48,123 nt of DNA, taken from Eubacteriales bacterium (lineage in GTDB: Bacteria; Bacillota; Clostridia; Oscillospirales; UMGS1783). Below, piece by piece: positions 17,345 to 27,463 of the stretch. Made by a program: the position numbers and the translations under genes. The notes beneath the pieces are model-generated. The model had not been told where the DNA came from. It was given only the letters and a program-made list of their open reading frames with translations, and did not search any database. Where the stretch lies: positions 1 through 48,123 of the forward strand of contig JAZRWQ010000133.1 in assembly GCA_045599805.1 (NCBI GenBank). The letters run 5' to 3'. The first letter of the stretch is position 1. Every line of letters begins with the position of its first letter.

Positions 17345-17783
17345 GGTATTGGTGATAAAATTGATAATAATAGGAATTGATTTCGGTGACAGCCGAACCG
17401 GAATGGCAAAGCTTAATACCGATTTCCCGATTGCAACTCCCCTGCCCACTATAAAATGCCGCGATATCAATCAAATTGCGGACAAGGCTGCCGATATGAT
17501 AAAAGAATATAACGGTAAACGTGTCGTCTTAGGACTTCCGCTGAATATGGACGGAAGCCACGGTCCGCGTGCAGATAAGGTTAAACTATTCGCTTCTTTA
17601 TTAAGTGAGCGTATTTCTGTGCAGATAGATTTTAATGACGAGCGTCTCACAAGTGCGTATGCGCATAGTATAATGAATATCACGGATACGTCTGGGAAAA
17701 AGAGAAAAGAAAGCGTTGATGCTGCCGCCGCAACTATTATTCTGCAGTCGTACTTTGATAAGAATAAATCGTTATTTGAATAG
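17343..17783 (+). CDS. ruvX: Holliday junction resolvase-like nuclease RuvX/YqgF
   Basis: Motifs IGIDFGDSRTG and VLGLPLNMDGS, and the C-terminal AAATIILQSY, are typical of YqgF. The start is uncertain: 17343 ATG, 17352 GTG or 17361 TTG. Confidence 0.85.
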   Translation: MVLVIKLIIIGIDFGDSRTGMAKLNTDFPIATPLPTIKCRDINQIADKAADMIKEYNGKRVVLGLPLNMDGSHGPRADKVKLFASLLSERISVQIDFNDERLTSAYAHSIMNITDTSGKKRKESVDAAAATIILQSYFDKNKSLFE

Positions 17784-18113
17784 TTCAATAAAGCCGGTCA
17801 GTATTATAAATACGGCAAAAACCTTTTTTACAACAGATACATCTATTGCGTTTGAAAGCAATGCTCCTGCGATAGCTCCGGTTATTGCGCCGATAGTTAA
17901 AAACATGGTCGGTTTGGGTTTTATAAGCTTACTTTTTATATAATACCCTACTGATATGGCAGCGCACGGAAGAAAATATAAATAATTTATGCCGGCACTT
18001 TTAAGATGATTTTCCGATTTGAATACATTGAGATATATCATTAAAATCGTGCCGCCGCCAAACCCCATGCTTGTAATGATGCCGGTTATAAGTCCAATCA
18101 GCATATTAAGCAT
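17772..18113 (-). CDS. Half-size TSUP (TauE/SafE) family membrane protein, downstream member of a pair
   Basis: 113 aa with about 4 TM segments and a glycine motif near the N-terminus (GIITSMGFGGGT). The start overlaps the upstream partner's stop by 8 nt (ATGCTTAA). Confidence 0.75.
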   Translation of the reverse strand: MLNMLIGLITGIITSMGFGGGTILMIYLNVFKSENHLKSAGINYLYFLPCAAISVGYYIKSKLIKPKPTMFLTIGAITGAIAGALLSNAIDVSVVKKVFAVFIILTGFIELFK

Positions 18114-18447
18114 ATATCATTCGCACTCCGCAAAAAATGAGAAAAATCGCAAAAAGTTTTTTAAGTATTGCGATATCGGTTTTCTTTAAAAGAAGTACTC
18201 CTATGGGCACGGAGATAATGCCGCCTATCATGTATTCCCAGGATGCCGATAAATCTATATTTCCGCGGAAATAATATATTATTGTGCTTATGACCGATGC
18301 GGCGAAAACCGATGCGAGAGTATATGCGTTTGCCGATTTTTTATCCGATTCGCATTTTTGCAGTATTGGAAGCGTTATAAGTCCGGCACCTCCCCCGATA
18401 AATCCGTTTGTAAATCCGCATAATATTCCAATTAAAATATATTTCAT
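18106..18447 (-). CDS. Half-size TSUP (TauE/SafE) family membrane protein, upstream member of a pair
   Basis: 113 aa with about 4 TM segments. The equivalent glycine motif (GFTNGFIGGGAG) sits at the same offset as in the partner. Confidence 0.75.
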   Translation of the reverse strand: MKYILIGILCGFTNGFIGGGAGLITLPILQKCESDKKSANAYTLASVFAASVISTIIYYFRGNIDLSASWEYMIGGIISVPIGVLLLKKTDIAILKKLFAIFLIFCGVRMIYA

Positions 18448-18460
18448 GTTATAAAAGCAG

Positions 18461-19603
18461 GTGATGTTATTGAAAACAACAAATAAACGTTTAAAATTTA
18501 TTATAAATATAGCTTACTTTGCGATAATAATTGCTATAATCGTATTGGTTTTCAAATATGCCCTATCTTATCTTGCCCCCTTTATTGTAGGCTTGATCAT
18601 TGCCGCACTTACTCATCCCATTGTCAAATGGTTATCGGCAAAACTTAAAATAAAACAGAAGATTCCCGGAGTTATTCTTGCGATTCTTGTTTGGATAGTA
18701 GTGATGGCGCTTTTGGCGCTGATACTTTACGGCCTTGTAAAGCAGGCGGGTTCATTGCTTTCCGATCTCGGCAGTATTACGGATTCCGTTCGTCACTATT
18801 CTGATATTATTTCCGATTATCTTGATAATATCTATGAATATCTGCCGATGATTTCCACTGATATTATTGATTCCGTTTTGGCATCCATTGGTGACAGAAT
18901 CATCGAAATTACAACGGATTTCGCAAGCTCTATTGTTTCTCTTACGAAGAATATAGTTATTGCCGCACCGTCTATTCTTATTTCGCTGCTCGTAAGCATA
19001 CTCGCATCGGTATTTATTTCCGGAGATTATCAGAACATTAAGGATTTCGTGCGTATGCAGCTTTCAAAAAGAATGCACTCGACCTATGTTTTTGCAAAGG
19101 ATTTTCTTGTCGGTACAATAGGTAAAATTGTTACGGCATATCTTATAATAATGCTTATTACCTGTGTTGAGCTTGTTATCGGTTTCTCGATAATCGGTAT
19201 TGAATACCTCTTCCTATTAGCGCCGCTTATTACTATATTTGATGTTCTTCCTTATGTAGGCTGTGGTACGATACTGATTCCCTGGGGTATAATTTGTTTA
19301 TTAACCGGCAACATCAAAAGAGGTATCGGTCTTATAATTCTAAGCCTCTGTATTACCGTTGTAAGGAATATAGTTGAGCCGAGAATAGTAGGTCAAAGAA
19401 CCGGCGTTCATCCCCTGCTTGTTCTTATGGGCGTTTATATAGGCGGTAAGCTTATGGGAATCATAGGTATCATTATTGTTCCGCTGACTATCATGTTTCT
19501 GCAGAAACTGCAAAATGAGGGATATCTTAAATTATGGAAAGATAAATCCGATATTGAATCTATTGCCGCAGATGCACATGATGATAACGATATTTCAGAT
19601 TAA
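18461..19603 (+). CDS. ytvI: Sporulation integral membrane protein YtvI (AI-2E/PerM transporter family)
   Basis: 380 aa and polytopic, with AI-2E family topology and the conserved C-terminal region (VEPRIVGQRTGVHPL). The start is ambiguous: GTG 18461, ATG 18464 or TTG 18470. Confidence 0.75.
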   Translation: MMLLKTTNKRLKFIINIAYFAIIIAIIVLVFKYALSYLAPFIVGLIIAALTHPIVKWLSAKLKIKQKIPGVILAILVWIVVMALLALILYGLVKQAGSLLSDLGSITDSVRHYSDIISDYLDNIYEYLPMISTDIIDSVLASIGDRIIEITTDFASSIVSLTKNIVIAAPSILISLLVSILASVFISGDYQNIKDFVRMQLSKRMHSTYVFAKDFLVGTIGKIVTAYLIIMLITCVELVIGFSIIGIEYLFLLAPLITIFDVLPYVGCGTILIPWGIICLLTGNIKRGIGLIILSLCITVVRNIVEPRIVGQRTGVHPLLVLMGVYIGGKLMGIIGIIIVPLTIMFLQKLQNEGYLKLWKDKSDIESIAADAHDDNDISD

Positions 19604-19607
19604 AAAT

Positions 19608-19643
19608 AAAAGGTCTGACATCAGTTGATGTCAGACCTTTTTT
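19608..19643. terminator. Bidirectional hairpin terminator between ytvI and hemW
   Basis: AAAAGGTCTGACATCA..TGATGTCAGACCTTTT is a near-perfect palindrome followed by T residues. It overlaps the hemW stop codon. Confidence 0.65.
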
Positions 19644-20767
19644 AGTGATAATACGGTATTTATTATTGTGTTTGATACACGGTAGCCGCGCTCGGTAAGA
19701 GAGAATCCGTCGCCGTTGTTTTCGGCAAGTCCGCTTAATTGCAGTTTGTTTGCAAAATCTTTAAGCATGTTTATGTTGTAATAATCGCCAATTTCCGAAT
19801 AGGATATTCCTTTATATGTGCGCAGGCCGGTTAATATTCTTTCTTTTACGGATTCCTCTTCCGTAATGTTTTGCAGTATGTCAGGCAAGTGATCTTTTGT
19901 AATATATCCTGCAAGCTTTCTTGGCAAAGCAAGTCTTTGATTGTCGATATATGAATGCGCTCCCGGCCCCAGTCCGAGGTATTCTTCTTGCGACCAGTAC
20001 TTCATGTTATGCCGGCATTCGTATCCGTCTTTGCAGTAATTGGATATCTCATAATGCTTAAATCCGTTATCCTTTGCTTTTTGACAAAGCATTTTGTACA
20101 TAACGTCTTCATCATCTTCGGATGGATATATCAAATCTGTCATACGCATAAGAGGTGCATTTTTTTCGAGAGTAAGCGAATATGCCGAAATATGTGCCGG
20201 CGAAAAATCTAATGCAGTATCGAGAGTATTCTGCCATTTCGGAATAAATTCGGACGCATTATTGCGATAATCGGGAATAGCAAACATAAGATCAATATTA
20301 AAGTTATCTATTCCAGAGCTTTTTATATTGTATATAGCCCTTTTTGCCATATCGGAATCGTGTATTCTGCCTAAAATTTTAAGCTGCTCATCATCAAAGC
20401 TCTGAACGCCGATACTTATTCTGTTTACGCCTATTGATTTTAAGCTTTTAAGAAGCGGCAGATTAAGCGATTCGGGATTGGCTTCGGTGGTAATTTCGGC
20501 GTCTTTTTCAAAATCAAACGAATTTAACGCCGAATCTATTATACTGCATAATTTATCTCCCAAGATGGTTGGCGTGCCGCCGCCGACAAACAGCGAATCA
20601 AATTTTTTATTTGCGTAAATCGCAGCATATTTCTTTATATCCGAAACAACTGCATCGCAGTATTTAAGCATCAATTCATCATTTGTATTGAGAGAGTAGA
20701 AATCGCAGTATTTGCATTTTTTTCGGCAAAACGGGATGTGTATATATAAGCCGGTCATATCATACAT
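19631..20767 (-). CDS. hemW: Radical SAM heme chaperone HemW (oxygen-independent coproporphyrinogen oxidase-like)
   Basis: [14 protein letters not shown] (CxxxCxxC) and a HemN-like C-terminal domain. It lies directly downstream of lepA, as in many bacteria. Confidence 0.9.
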   Translation of the reverse strand: MYDMTGLYIHIPFCRKKCKYCDFYSLNTNDELMLKYCDAVVSDIKKYAAIYANKKFDSLFVGGGTPTILGDKLCSIIDSALNSFDFEKDAEITTEANPESLNLPLLKSLKSIGVNRISIGVQSFDDEQLKILGRIHDSDMAKRAIYNIKSSGIDNFNIDLMFAIPDYRNNASEFIPKWQNTLDTALDFSPAHISAYSLTLEKNAPLMRMTDLIYPSEDDEDVMYKMLCQKAKDNGFKHYEISNYCKDGYECRHNMKYWSQEEYLGLGPGAHSYIDNQRLALPRKLAGYITKDHLPDILQNITEEESVKERILTGLRTYKGISYSEIGDYYNINMLKDFANKLQLSGLAENNGDGFSLTERGYRVSNTIINTVLSLKKV

Positions 20768-22565
20768 CCAGTTTGAGAATGCTCATAAATGCTTCCATCG
20801 GTACTTCTACCGAGCCGAACTGACGCATTCTCTTTTTGCCCTCTTTTTGTTTTTCCAAAAGCTTTTTCTTACGGGTAATATCGCCGCCATAGCACTTTGC
20901 AAGTACGTCCTTGCGAAGTGCTTTAACCGTCTCTCTGGCGATTATTTTGCCGCCTATCGCGGCCTGAATGGGTATTTCGAATAACTGTCTGGGAATTGTT
21001 TCTTTTAAATTCTCGGCCATTTTTCTTGCCTTGGGATATGCTCGCTCGGAGTGCAGTATGAATGACAGCGCATCTATCATTTCACCGTTAAGAAGAATAT
21101 CAAGTTTAACAAGATTGCTCTTTTTATAACCCTTCATTTCATAGTCAAGCGACGCATAGCCGCGTGTGCGCGATTTGAGGCTGTCAAAGAAGTCGTATAT
21201 TATTTCGTTTAATGGAAGTTCATAATGTACATTCGTTCTTTCACTGTCTATATACGACATATCAATAAATGTGCCGCGTCTTTCCTGACATAATTCCATA
21301 ACCGCGCCTACATATTCCGATGGCGTGAATATGTGCGCATCCACAACCGGCTCTTCGGCAAAATCAATGGTTGAAACGGCAGGATAATTTGTCGGGTTAT
21401 CAATGTATTTTACCGTGCCGTCGGTAAGCGTTATTCTGTATATAACGGATGGTGCAGTCGTAATCAGATCAAGATTATATTCTCGCTCCAGTCGCTCCTG
21501 TATTATTTCCATGTGGAGCAGTCCCAAAAATCCGCATCTGAATCCAAATCCAAGTGCAACGGAGGTTTCGGGCTCAAAGGTCAGTGATGCATCGTTAAGC
21601 TGGAGCTTTTCCATTGCGTCTCTTAAATCAGGATATTTGGAGCCATCGGCAGGATATATACCGCAGAATACCATCGGATTTACCTTCTTGTAGCCGGGCA
21701 GAGGCTCGGGCGTGGGATTTTCTGCAAGTGTTACCGTATCGCCCACACGTGTTTCGCGTACGTTTTTAATACTCGCGGTTATATAGCCTACTTCCCCGGC
21801 TTTTAGTTCATCGCTCTTCTCAAATCCGAAAGGACGGAGATAACCTATTTCAACTACGTCAAATTCCGCACCGGTTGCCATCATGCGAATGCGATCGCCG
21901 GTATGCAGAGTTCCGTTTTTGATGCGTACATATACGATAACACCGCGGTAACTGTCGTAATAGGAGTCGAATATGAGTGCCTGTAATGGCAAATTTTCAT
22001 CCCCTACCGGTGCCGGAATATCTTTAACTATCTTTTCAAGAACGTCTTTAATATTAAGTCCGAGTTTTGCTGATATCTGCGGTGCGTCCTCTGCGGGGAT
22101 TCCTATTACATCCTCTATTTCCTTTATAACTCTCGGACAATCGGCGGACGGCAGATCTATCTTATTGATGACCGGCACAAGCTCCAGATCATGGTCTATT
22201 GCAAGATAGGTATTGGCAAGTGTCTGCGCTTCAATACCCTGTGATGCATCAACGATCAGTACGGCACCTTCGCAGGCGGCAAGCGATCTTGATACCTCGT
22301 AGTTAAAGTCAACGTGTCCCGGGGTGTCTATAAGATTAAGTGTATATTCTTTTCCGTCGTCTGCAATATAGTTTAATTTAACGGCACGTGCTTTGATTGT
22401 TATACCGCGTTCTTTTTCAAGATCCATATTATCAAGAAGCTGCTCGGTAAGCTCTCGCTCGTTTACCGTGCCGGTATATTCAAGCAGTCTGTCTGCAAGC
22501 GTTGACTTGCCATGATCAATATGTGCGATAATTGAAAAATTTCGAATGTTTTCCATATTTGACAT
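20760..22565 (-). CDS. lepA: Translation elongation factor 4
   Basis: Motifs [20 protein letters not shown] and DTPGHVDF, plus the LepA-specific C-terminal domain. 601 aa. Confidence 0.97.
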   Translation of the reverse strand: MSNMENIRNFSIIAHIDHGKSTLADRLLEYTGTVNERELTEQLLDNMDLEKERGITIKARAVKLNYIADDGKEYTLNLIDTPGHVDFNYEVSRSLAACEGAVLIVDASQGIEAQTLANTYLAIDHDLELVPVINKIDLPSADCPRVIKEIEDVIGIPAEDAPQISAKLGLNIKDVLEKIVKDIPAPVGDENLPLQALIFDSYYDSYRGVIVYVRIKNGTLHTGDRIRMMATGAEFDVVEIGYLRPFGFEKSDELKAGEVGYITASIKNVRETRVGDTVTLAENPTPEPLPGYKKVNPMVFCGIYPADGSKYPDLRDAMEKLQLNDASLTFEPETSVALGFGFRCGFLGLLHMEIIQERLEREYNLDLITTAPSVIYRITLTDGTVKYIDNPTNYPAVSTIDFAEEPVVDAHIFTPSEYVGAVMELCQERRGTFIDMSYIDSERTNVHYELPLNEIIYDFFDSLKSRTRGYASLDYEMKGYKKSNLVKLDILLNGEMIDALSFILHSERAYPKARKMAENLKETIPRQLFEIPIQAAIGGKIIARETVKALRKDVLAKCYGGDITRKKKLLEKQKEGKKRMRQFGSVEVPMEAFMSILKLDV

Positions 22566-22879
22566 TGTGTTTTTATCCTCGGATTTTTATTTTTGCCGGT
22601 TAAAATTTGGCATATTTTTTAGTGATGATTTGCAGAAAACAATTACCATAAATTAACAATAAATGTTTACATAAATATTTTTAAATATTGCCTGCTTTAC
22701 AGACGAGAAATCCACAGTTTCCACAGAGTTTTCAACTGTTATGAGCTTCCATTTGGCTTTTACAAGCGATATTTACGTGTTGACAAGAACAAAACAGCCG
22801 TATGAATTAGGTTGTTAAAATATGATTTTTTGTTTACATAATGTTGTATTATGTGAAAAAAAGTTGGTAAAATAATTCA

Positions 22880-23887
22880 TTATTTTTCTGCAATGTTTTT
22901 AGTAGCGTAAGCATTTAAATAAAGATTTGCAATATTGTTTTCCAAATATTCATAATATGCCTGTGAGCCTATCATAGCGGCATTATCACCACAGTACTTC
23001 ATATCGGGCATATAGAGTGTGAACCCTTCCCTTTTGGCGTTTTCACTCAGCATTTCGCGCAGCATTTTGTTTGCCGAAACTCCGCCGGCAACTACAAGTT
23101 TTCGTATATTGAAATCTTTTGCCGCTTTCATGAATTTATCGGAGAGTGTTTTTGCAACGGTGTAATTAAATGATGCGGCAAAGTCTTCTATTGGAATATC
23201 TTCGCCTTTTTGTTTTGCGGTGTTTATAAGGTTTATTACCTTTGTTTTAAGACCGGAGAAACTGAAATCGTATGGCGCATCTTCAAATTCGGTTATCGGA
23301 AGCTTAATTGCCTCCTTATTGCCGATAGCTTTCTTTTCAATTTCGACACCTCCCGGATATCCCAATCCGAGTACTCTTGAAACCTTGTCGAAGGCTTCTC
23401 CTGCGGCGTCATCCCGAGTTCTTCCGATGATTTCATATTCCGTAAAGCTATTGACCTTTACAATGTTGCTGTGCCCTCCGGAGACGACCAGAGCAAGGAA
23501 CGGAGGCTGTAAATCGGTATGTGTTATATAGTTTGCCGCAATGTGACCACGTATATGGTGAACCGGAATAAGCGGAAGATTTAAGCTGTAAGCCAGCCCT
23601 TTGGCGTATCCTACACCCGTTAACAGAGCGCCTATAAGCCCCGGTGCATTTGTAACTGCAATGGCATCGATATCGGTTTTATTAATCGATGCCTCATTTA
23701 TTGCCGTTTCAACAACCCAGCCGATCTTCTCTATATGTTTGCGTGCCGCAATTTCAGGAACTACTCCGCCGTATTCCTTATGTATTGCGATCTGAGTATA
23801 AATTACATTCGATAAAACCTTTCTGCCATCTTCAACAACGGCGCATGCGGTTTCGTCGCAAGAGCTTTCTATTGCAAGTATTTTCAT
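22880..23887 (-). CDS. tsaD: tRNA N6-adenosine threonylcarbamoyltransferase
   Basis: Motifs ILAIESSCDET and HHIRGH (metal site), and the Kae1/TsaD fold length (335 aa). Confidence 0.95.
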   Translation of the reverse strand: MKILAIESSCDETACAVVEDGRKVLSNVIYTQIAIHKEYGGVVPEIAARKHIEKIGWVVETAINEASINKTDIDAIAVTNAPGLIGALLTGVGYAKGLAYSLNLPLIPVHHIRGHIAANYITHTDLQPPFLALVVSGGHSNIVKVNSFTEYEIIGRTRDDAAGEAFDKVSRVLGLGYPGGVEIEKKAIGNKEAIKLPITEFEDAPYDFSFSGLKTKVINLINTAKQKGEDIPIEDFAASFNYTVAKTLSDKFMKAAKDFNIRKLVVAGGVSANKMLREMLSENAKREGFTLYMPDMKYCGDNAAMIGSQAYYEYLENNIANLYLNAYATKNIAEK

Positions 23888-24348
23888 CTGTATCTACCCG
23901 CGATTCCTTTTACGTCAAATTTCATTGTTATTGCATTTTCAGTCGGCTTTTCGTAAAAATCCATGCGTTTTCCTAACGTTTCAAAGCCCATGTTTTTGTA
24001 TAGTTTTATTGCGTATTCGTTGCTTTCTCTTACTTCAAGATACATATCCGAAAGGCCTCTTATAAAGGCTTCGAATATTGATGCTTCAAGTACTTTTTTG
24101 CCGCATCCGATATTTCTGAATTCTTCTTTTACGGCTATTGTTGCAACCTGTGCTTCATCAAGAACAATAAGTGCAAGAAAATATCCTGCAATATCGTTTC
24201 CGACCTCAACTATTTTAAATAACTGCTTTTCATTTAGCGCCTTTTCAAAATCGTTCTTTTTCCATGGCATTGAAAAGCATGATTTTTCAATTTCTGAGAC
24301 AGCTTCAATATCAGATAATCTCGCGTCCCGCACGTAAATGTTTTGCAT
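23884..24348 (-). CDS. rimI: Ribosomal-protein-alanine N-acetyltransferase (GNAT)
   Basis: GNAT motif A region (RNIGCGKKVLE). It overlaps tsaD by 4 nt, the classical rimI-tsaD linkage. Confidence 0.85.
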   Translation of the reverse strand: MQNIYVRDARLSDIEAVSEIEKSCFSMPWKKNDFEKALNEKQLFKIVEVGNDIAGYFLALIVLDEAQVATIAVKEEFRNIGCGKKVLEASIFEAFIRGLSDMYLEVRESNEYAIKLYKNMGFETLGKRMDFYEKPTENAITMKFDVKGIAGRYR

Positions 24349-24782
24349 TATTTTACCTCAAATAAATCGATTACAAGTCGAGGTACCTGCTTTTTTATTT
24401 CCTCAAAACAGGTCTTGTATAAATTATAGTCTCCGCCGTACGGATCGGGTATTCCGTTTTTGCCCATAATACAGATTTTATCTGCCGCAGAAGGATAAAT
24501 AGATACAACTGCGTATGCGTGCTGTTTTGACATGCAAACTATCAAATCGGCTTTTTCAATGTCGGTTTGGTTTATTTGCCTCGGTTTATGGAAGGACATA
24601 TCTATCCCTTCCTCTTTGAGCACGGTTCCGGCATTTTCGGCAACGGAATCACCGTCCGGAAATATTCCGGCGCTTAACGTCAATAAATCAAGTCCGTGTT
24701 CTTTGGCATATTTCATTGTATATCCCTGCGCCATCGGACTGCGGCATGTGTTGCCAGTGCAAACGTATAAAATGCATTTCAT
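24348..24782 (-). CDS. Low-molecular-weight protein phosphatase (YwlE-like arginine/tyrosine phosphatase)
   Basis: C-x5-R(S) P-loop CTGNTCRS at the N-terminus and a DP general-acid region (PDPYGGD). 144 aa. Confidence 0.85.
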   Translation of the reverse strand: MKCILYVCTGNTCRSPMAQGYTMKYAKEHGLDLLTLSAGIFPDGDSVAENAGTVLKEEGIDMSFHKPRQINQTDIEKADLIVCMSKQHAYAVVSIYPSAADKICIMGKNGIPDPYGGDYNLYKTCFEEIKKQVPRLVIDLFEVK

Positions 24783-24785
24783 AGT

Positions 24786-27308
24786 TTAATCCTTTGCGTC
24801 ATACCAGCTGCTGCCCGTTCCGATATCTACAATAAGCGGTACGGAAAAGCTGCCGGCAGATTCCATTTCGTTTTTCAGTATTTCTTTTGCAATATCCACT
24901 TCATCCGATGGGCTTTCAATAATCAGTTCATCGTGGACCTGCAGAATTATTCTCGAACCAAGACCGCGTTTTTTAAATTCTCTGTCAACATTAACCATTG
25001 CGATTTTAAGAACATCCGCAGCCGTACCCTGTATCGGGGTGTTCATGGCAACACGTTCACCAAAGCTTCTGATATTGTGATTTTGCGCTGAAAGTTCCGG
25101 TATATATCTTCTGCGATTGAAGATGGTAGTTACATATCCGTCTTTTTTGGCGCGGATTACTACATTGTCAAGATATTCTTTTATGCCGCTGTATGTTTCG
25201 AAATAGTTATTTATATACTCTTTTGCTCTTGCTCTTGATACTTTGATATCTCCTGCAAGCGAAAACTCGGAAATACCGTAAACAATTCCGAAATTAACGG
25301 CTTTTGCCTTTGAACGCATTTCATTTGTAACGAGTTCCGGCGGAACACGGAATACTTGAGATGCGGTTATGCGATGTATATCGTCGCCGTTAATAAAGGC
25401 GTTTTTCATATTTTCATCGTTGGATATATTTGCTAAAACGCGCAGTTCTATCTGAGAATAGTCGGCATCGATTAAGATATATCCGTCTCTTGCAATAAAC
25501 ATCTTCCGCAGTTCCCTGCCCATTTCCTGGCGTACCGGAATATTCTGAAGATTAGGCTCGGACGATGATATCCTTCCGGTTTGTGTTATTGTTTGATGAA
25601 ATACGGAATGAATCCTGCTTTCATCGTCAATAAGATCAATGAATCCCTCTACATAAGTTGATTTAAGCTTTGTAAGCTGACGGTATTCAAGGATATTATC
25701 TATTATGTCATGATAGCCTCTCAGCTTTTCCAGTACCTCCGCTCCGGTGCTGTATCCGGTTTTGTTTTTGGAGATGGCAGGTAAGCCGAGTTTGTTGAAA
25801 AGTATTTCTGAAAGCTGTTTTGGGGAGCCGATGTTGAACTTTTCACCGGCAAGGAAATATATTGTTTCGGTAAGCTGATTTATTTTTACGTCAAGCATTT
25901 CTCCGAAGGACTTAAGCTTTTCTTTGTCAACCTTAAATCCGTAATGCTCCATGCCGGCAAGAACATTTATCAGCGGCATTTCAATATCGTTAAAAAGTGA
26001 AAGCATATCGGCATTTTTAAGCTGATCGTTCATCTTTTCTTCAAGCTCGAAAAGAAGAGAGCATGCCGATGCGGTATCTTCGGTATTTTTATTGCAGTAG
26101 GTTGATATCAAATCGAATAGCTCATACTTGCTTACCGACGGATTTAATACGTATGCGGCAACCTTTGCGTCAAATACCATTCCTTTGGCTTCCATACCGC
26201 AGTCAAGCATATCCTTGACAACGGCTTTTACGGCGTACCCGGTTTTAAGAATTTCGGCATTTTGGAGTATGTCTTTTTTGAAGTTTTCCATGTTGCCCGT
26301 TTTATATACGTTTTCACCGTTATAAATATAAAACGAATTGTCATCTTTCAAAAATGCGATTTTATGTGAATTGTTGAAAATCGACATATCATCGGTCTCT
26401 TGCGGAGCTATGGTTATAAACGACAAATCGGGATGCTGTTCGGTAAGTCCGAATTTATTTATTGCCGATTTGAAATTCAGATTTTTAAATAAATCGAAAA
26501 GCCTGTCGTTGTCATAGCTCTTAACAATATAGTCGGCTTCACGTATTTCCATGGGAACATTTTTATCAATTGTAACAAGCTGTTTTGACAAAAAAGCCAT
26601 GTCTTTGGAATCAGTAAGTTTAGTTTTCTGTGCAGGCTTAATTGATGTGTCATCAATATTTGCATATACGTTTTCAAGGCTTCCGAATTTCTGAATAAGT
26701 GCCATTGCACCCTTTTCGCCTATTCCGGTTACACCCGGAACATTGTCGGAGGAGTCGCCCATTATAGATTTTATGTCTATCATTTTGATGGGCTCAACGC
26801 CGTATTTTTCGTTTATAAGAGCCTCATCGTAAATAACGTATTCGGTTCCGCTTGACTTTGTAACGGCAAGCAATACCTTTATTTTATCGGTTACGAGCTG
26901 AAGACTGTCTCGGTCTCCCGTTACGATATAGCAGTCGTACCCTGCTTTGGCGAATTCATTTGTTGCCGTGCCTATTATATCATCGCCCTCATACCCTTCT
27001 TTTTCTAAAATTGGTATGTTCATGGCAGTCAGCAGTTCCTTTGCAATCGGCATTTGAACGGCAAGATCATCCGGCATACCTTTTCTCTGTGCCTTATATC
27101 CGTCATACATTTTATGTCGAAATGTTTTCGCTCTTACATCAAATGCGGCGGCTATTGCATCGGGGGAAATGTCGTCGATAAGTTTTTTTATGATGTTGAG
27201 AAAACCGTATACTGCGTTTGTAGGTCTTCCGTCAAGGGCGCTTAAAGGCGGCATTCCGAAGAATGCGCGATTTAATATACTGTTGGAGTCAAAAATCATA
27301 AATTTCAT
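24786..27308 (-). CDS. polA: DNA polymerase I
   Basis: A 5' nuclease domain, a degenerate 3'-5' exo-like region and a family A polymerase domain (DYSQIELRVLA, QVHDELI). 840 aa. Confidence 0.97.
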   Translation of the reverse strand: MKFMIFDSNSILNRAFFGMPPLSALDGRPTNAVYGFLNIIKKLIDDISPDAIAAAFDVRAKTFRHKMYDGYKAQRKGMPDDLAVQMPIAKELLTAMNIPILEKEGYEGDDIIGTATNEFAKAGYDCYIVTGDRDSLQLVTDKIKVLLAVTKSSGTEYVIYDEALINEKYGVEPIKMIDIKSIMGDSSDNVPGVTGIGEKGAMALIQKFGSLENVYANIDDTSIKPAQKTKLTDSKDMAFLSKQLVTIDKNVPMEIREADYIVKSYDNDRLFDLFKNLNFKSAINKFGLTEQHPDLSFITIAPQETDDMSIFNNSHKIAFLKDDNSFYIYNGENVYKTGNMENFKKDILQNAEILKTGYAVKAVVKDMLDCGMEAKGMVFDAKVAAYVLNPSVSKYELFDLISTYCNKNTEDTASACSLLFELEEKMNDQLKNADMLSLFNDIEMPLINVLAGMEHYGFKVDKEKLKSFGEMLDVKINQLTETIYFLAGEKFNIGSPKQLSEILFNKLGLPAISKNKTGYSTGAEVLEKLRGYHDIIDNILEYRQLTKLKSTYVEGFIDLIDDESRIHSVFHQTITQTGRISSSEPNLQNIPVRQEMGRELRKMFIARDGYILIDADYSQIELRVLANISNDENMKNAFINGDDIHRITASQVFRVPPELVTNEMRSKAKAVNFGIVYGISEFSLAGDIKVSRARAKEYINNYFETYSGIKEYLDNVVIRAKKDGYVTTIFNRRRYIPELSAQNHNIRSFGERVAMNTPIQGTAADVLKIAMVNVDREFKKRGLGSRIILQVHDELIIESPSDEVDIAKEILKNEMESAGSFSVPLIVDIGTGSSWYDAKD

Positions 27309-27403
27309 AATTTTACCTGCACATTTAAATATTATTATATTATAACATATCAGAAATTATAATACAATATAATAGTTTTTACATAATATAAACATATTTT
27401 TGC

Positions 27404-27433
27404 TTTACAAGCGATACGTATTTGTAGTATAAT
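27404..27433 (+). promoter_or_regulatory. Sigma-A-type promoter for the rlmB operon
   Basis: TTTACA (27404-27409), 18-nt spacer, TATAAT (27428-27433). GGAG SD at 27450-27453. Confidence 0.5.
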
Positions 27434-27463
27434 AACTGTATATGAAAATGGAGTAGTGTGTAA

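Noticed and set aside
18448-18460. Only 13 bp separate the divergent start codons of the TSUP half gene and ytvI.
   Set aside because: The likely explanation is an uncertain ytvI start (GTG, ATG or TTG within 10 nt) and promoters embedded in the neighbouring coding sequence. Nothing structured can be seen in 13 bp.
22700-22735. DnaA-box-like sequences (AAATCCACA, GTTTCCACA) that might suggest a replication origin.
   Set aside because: There are only two boxes, each matching TTATCCACA at 7 of 9 positions. There is no dnaA/dnaN, no AT-rich unwinding repeats and no box cluster. I treated them as generic phased repeats (see finding), not as oriC.
22818-22880. A 20-codon micro-ORF (MNYFTNFFSHNTTLCKQKIIF) whose ATG overlaps the tsaD stop as TAATG.
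   Set aside because: It has no independent SD and only AT-rich codons. An ORF of this length is expected by chance. The overlap geometry alone is insufficient evidence.
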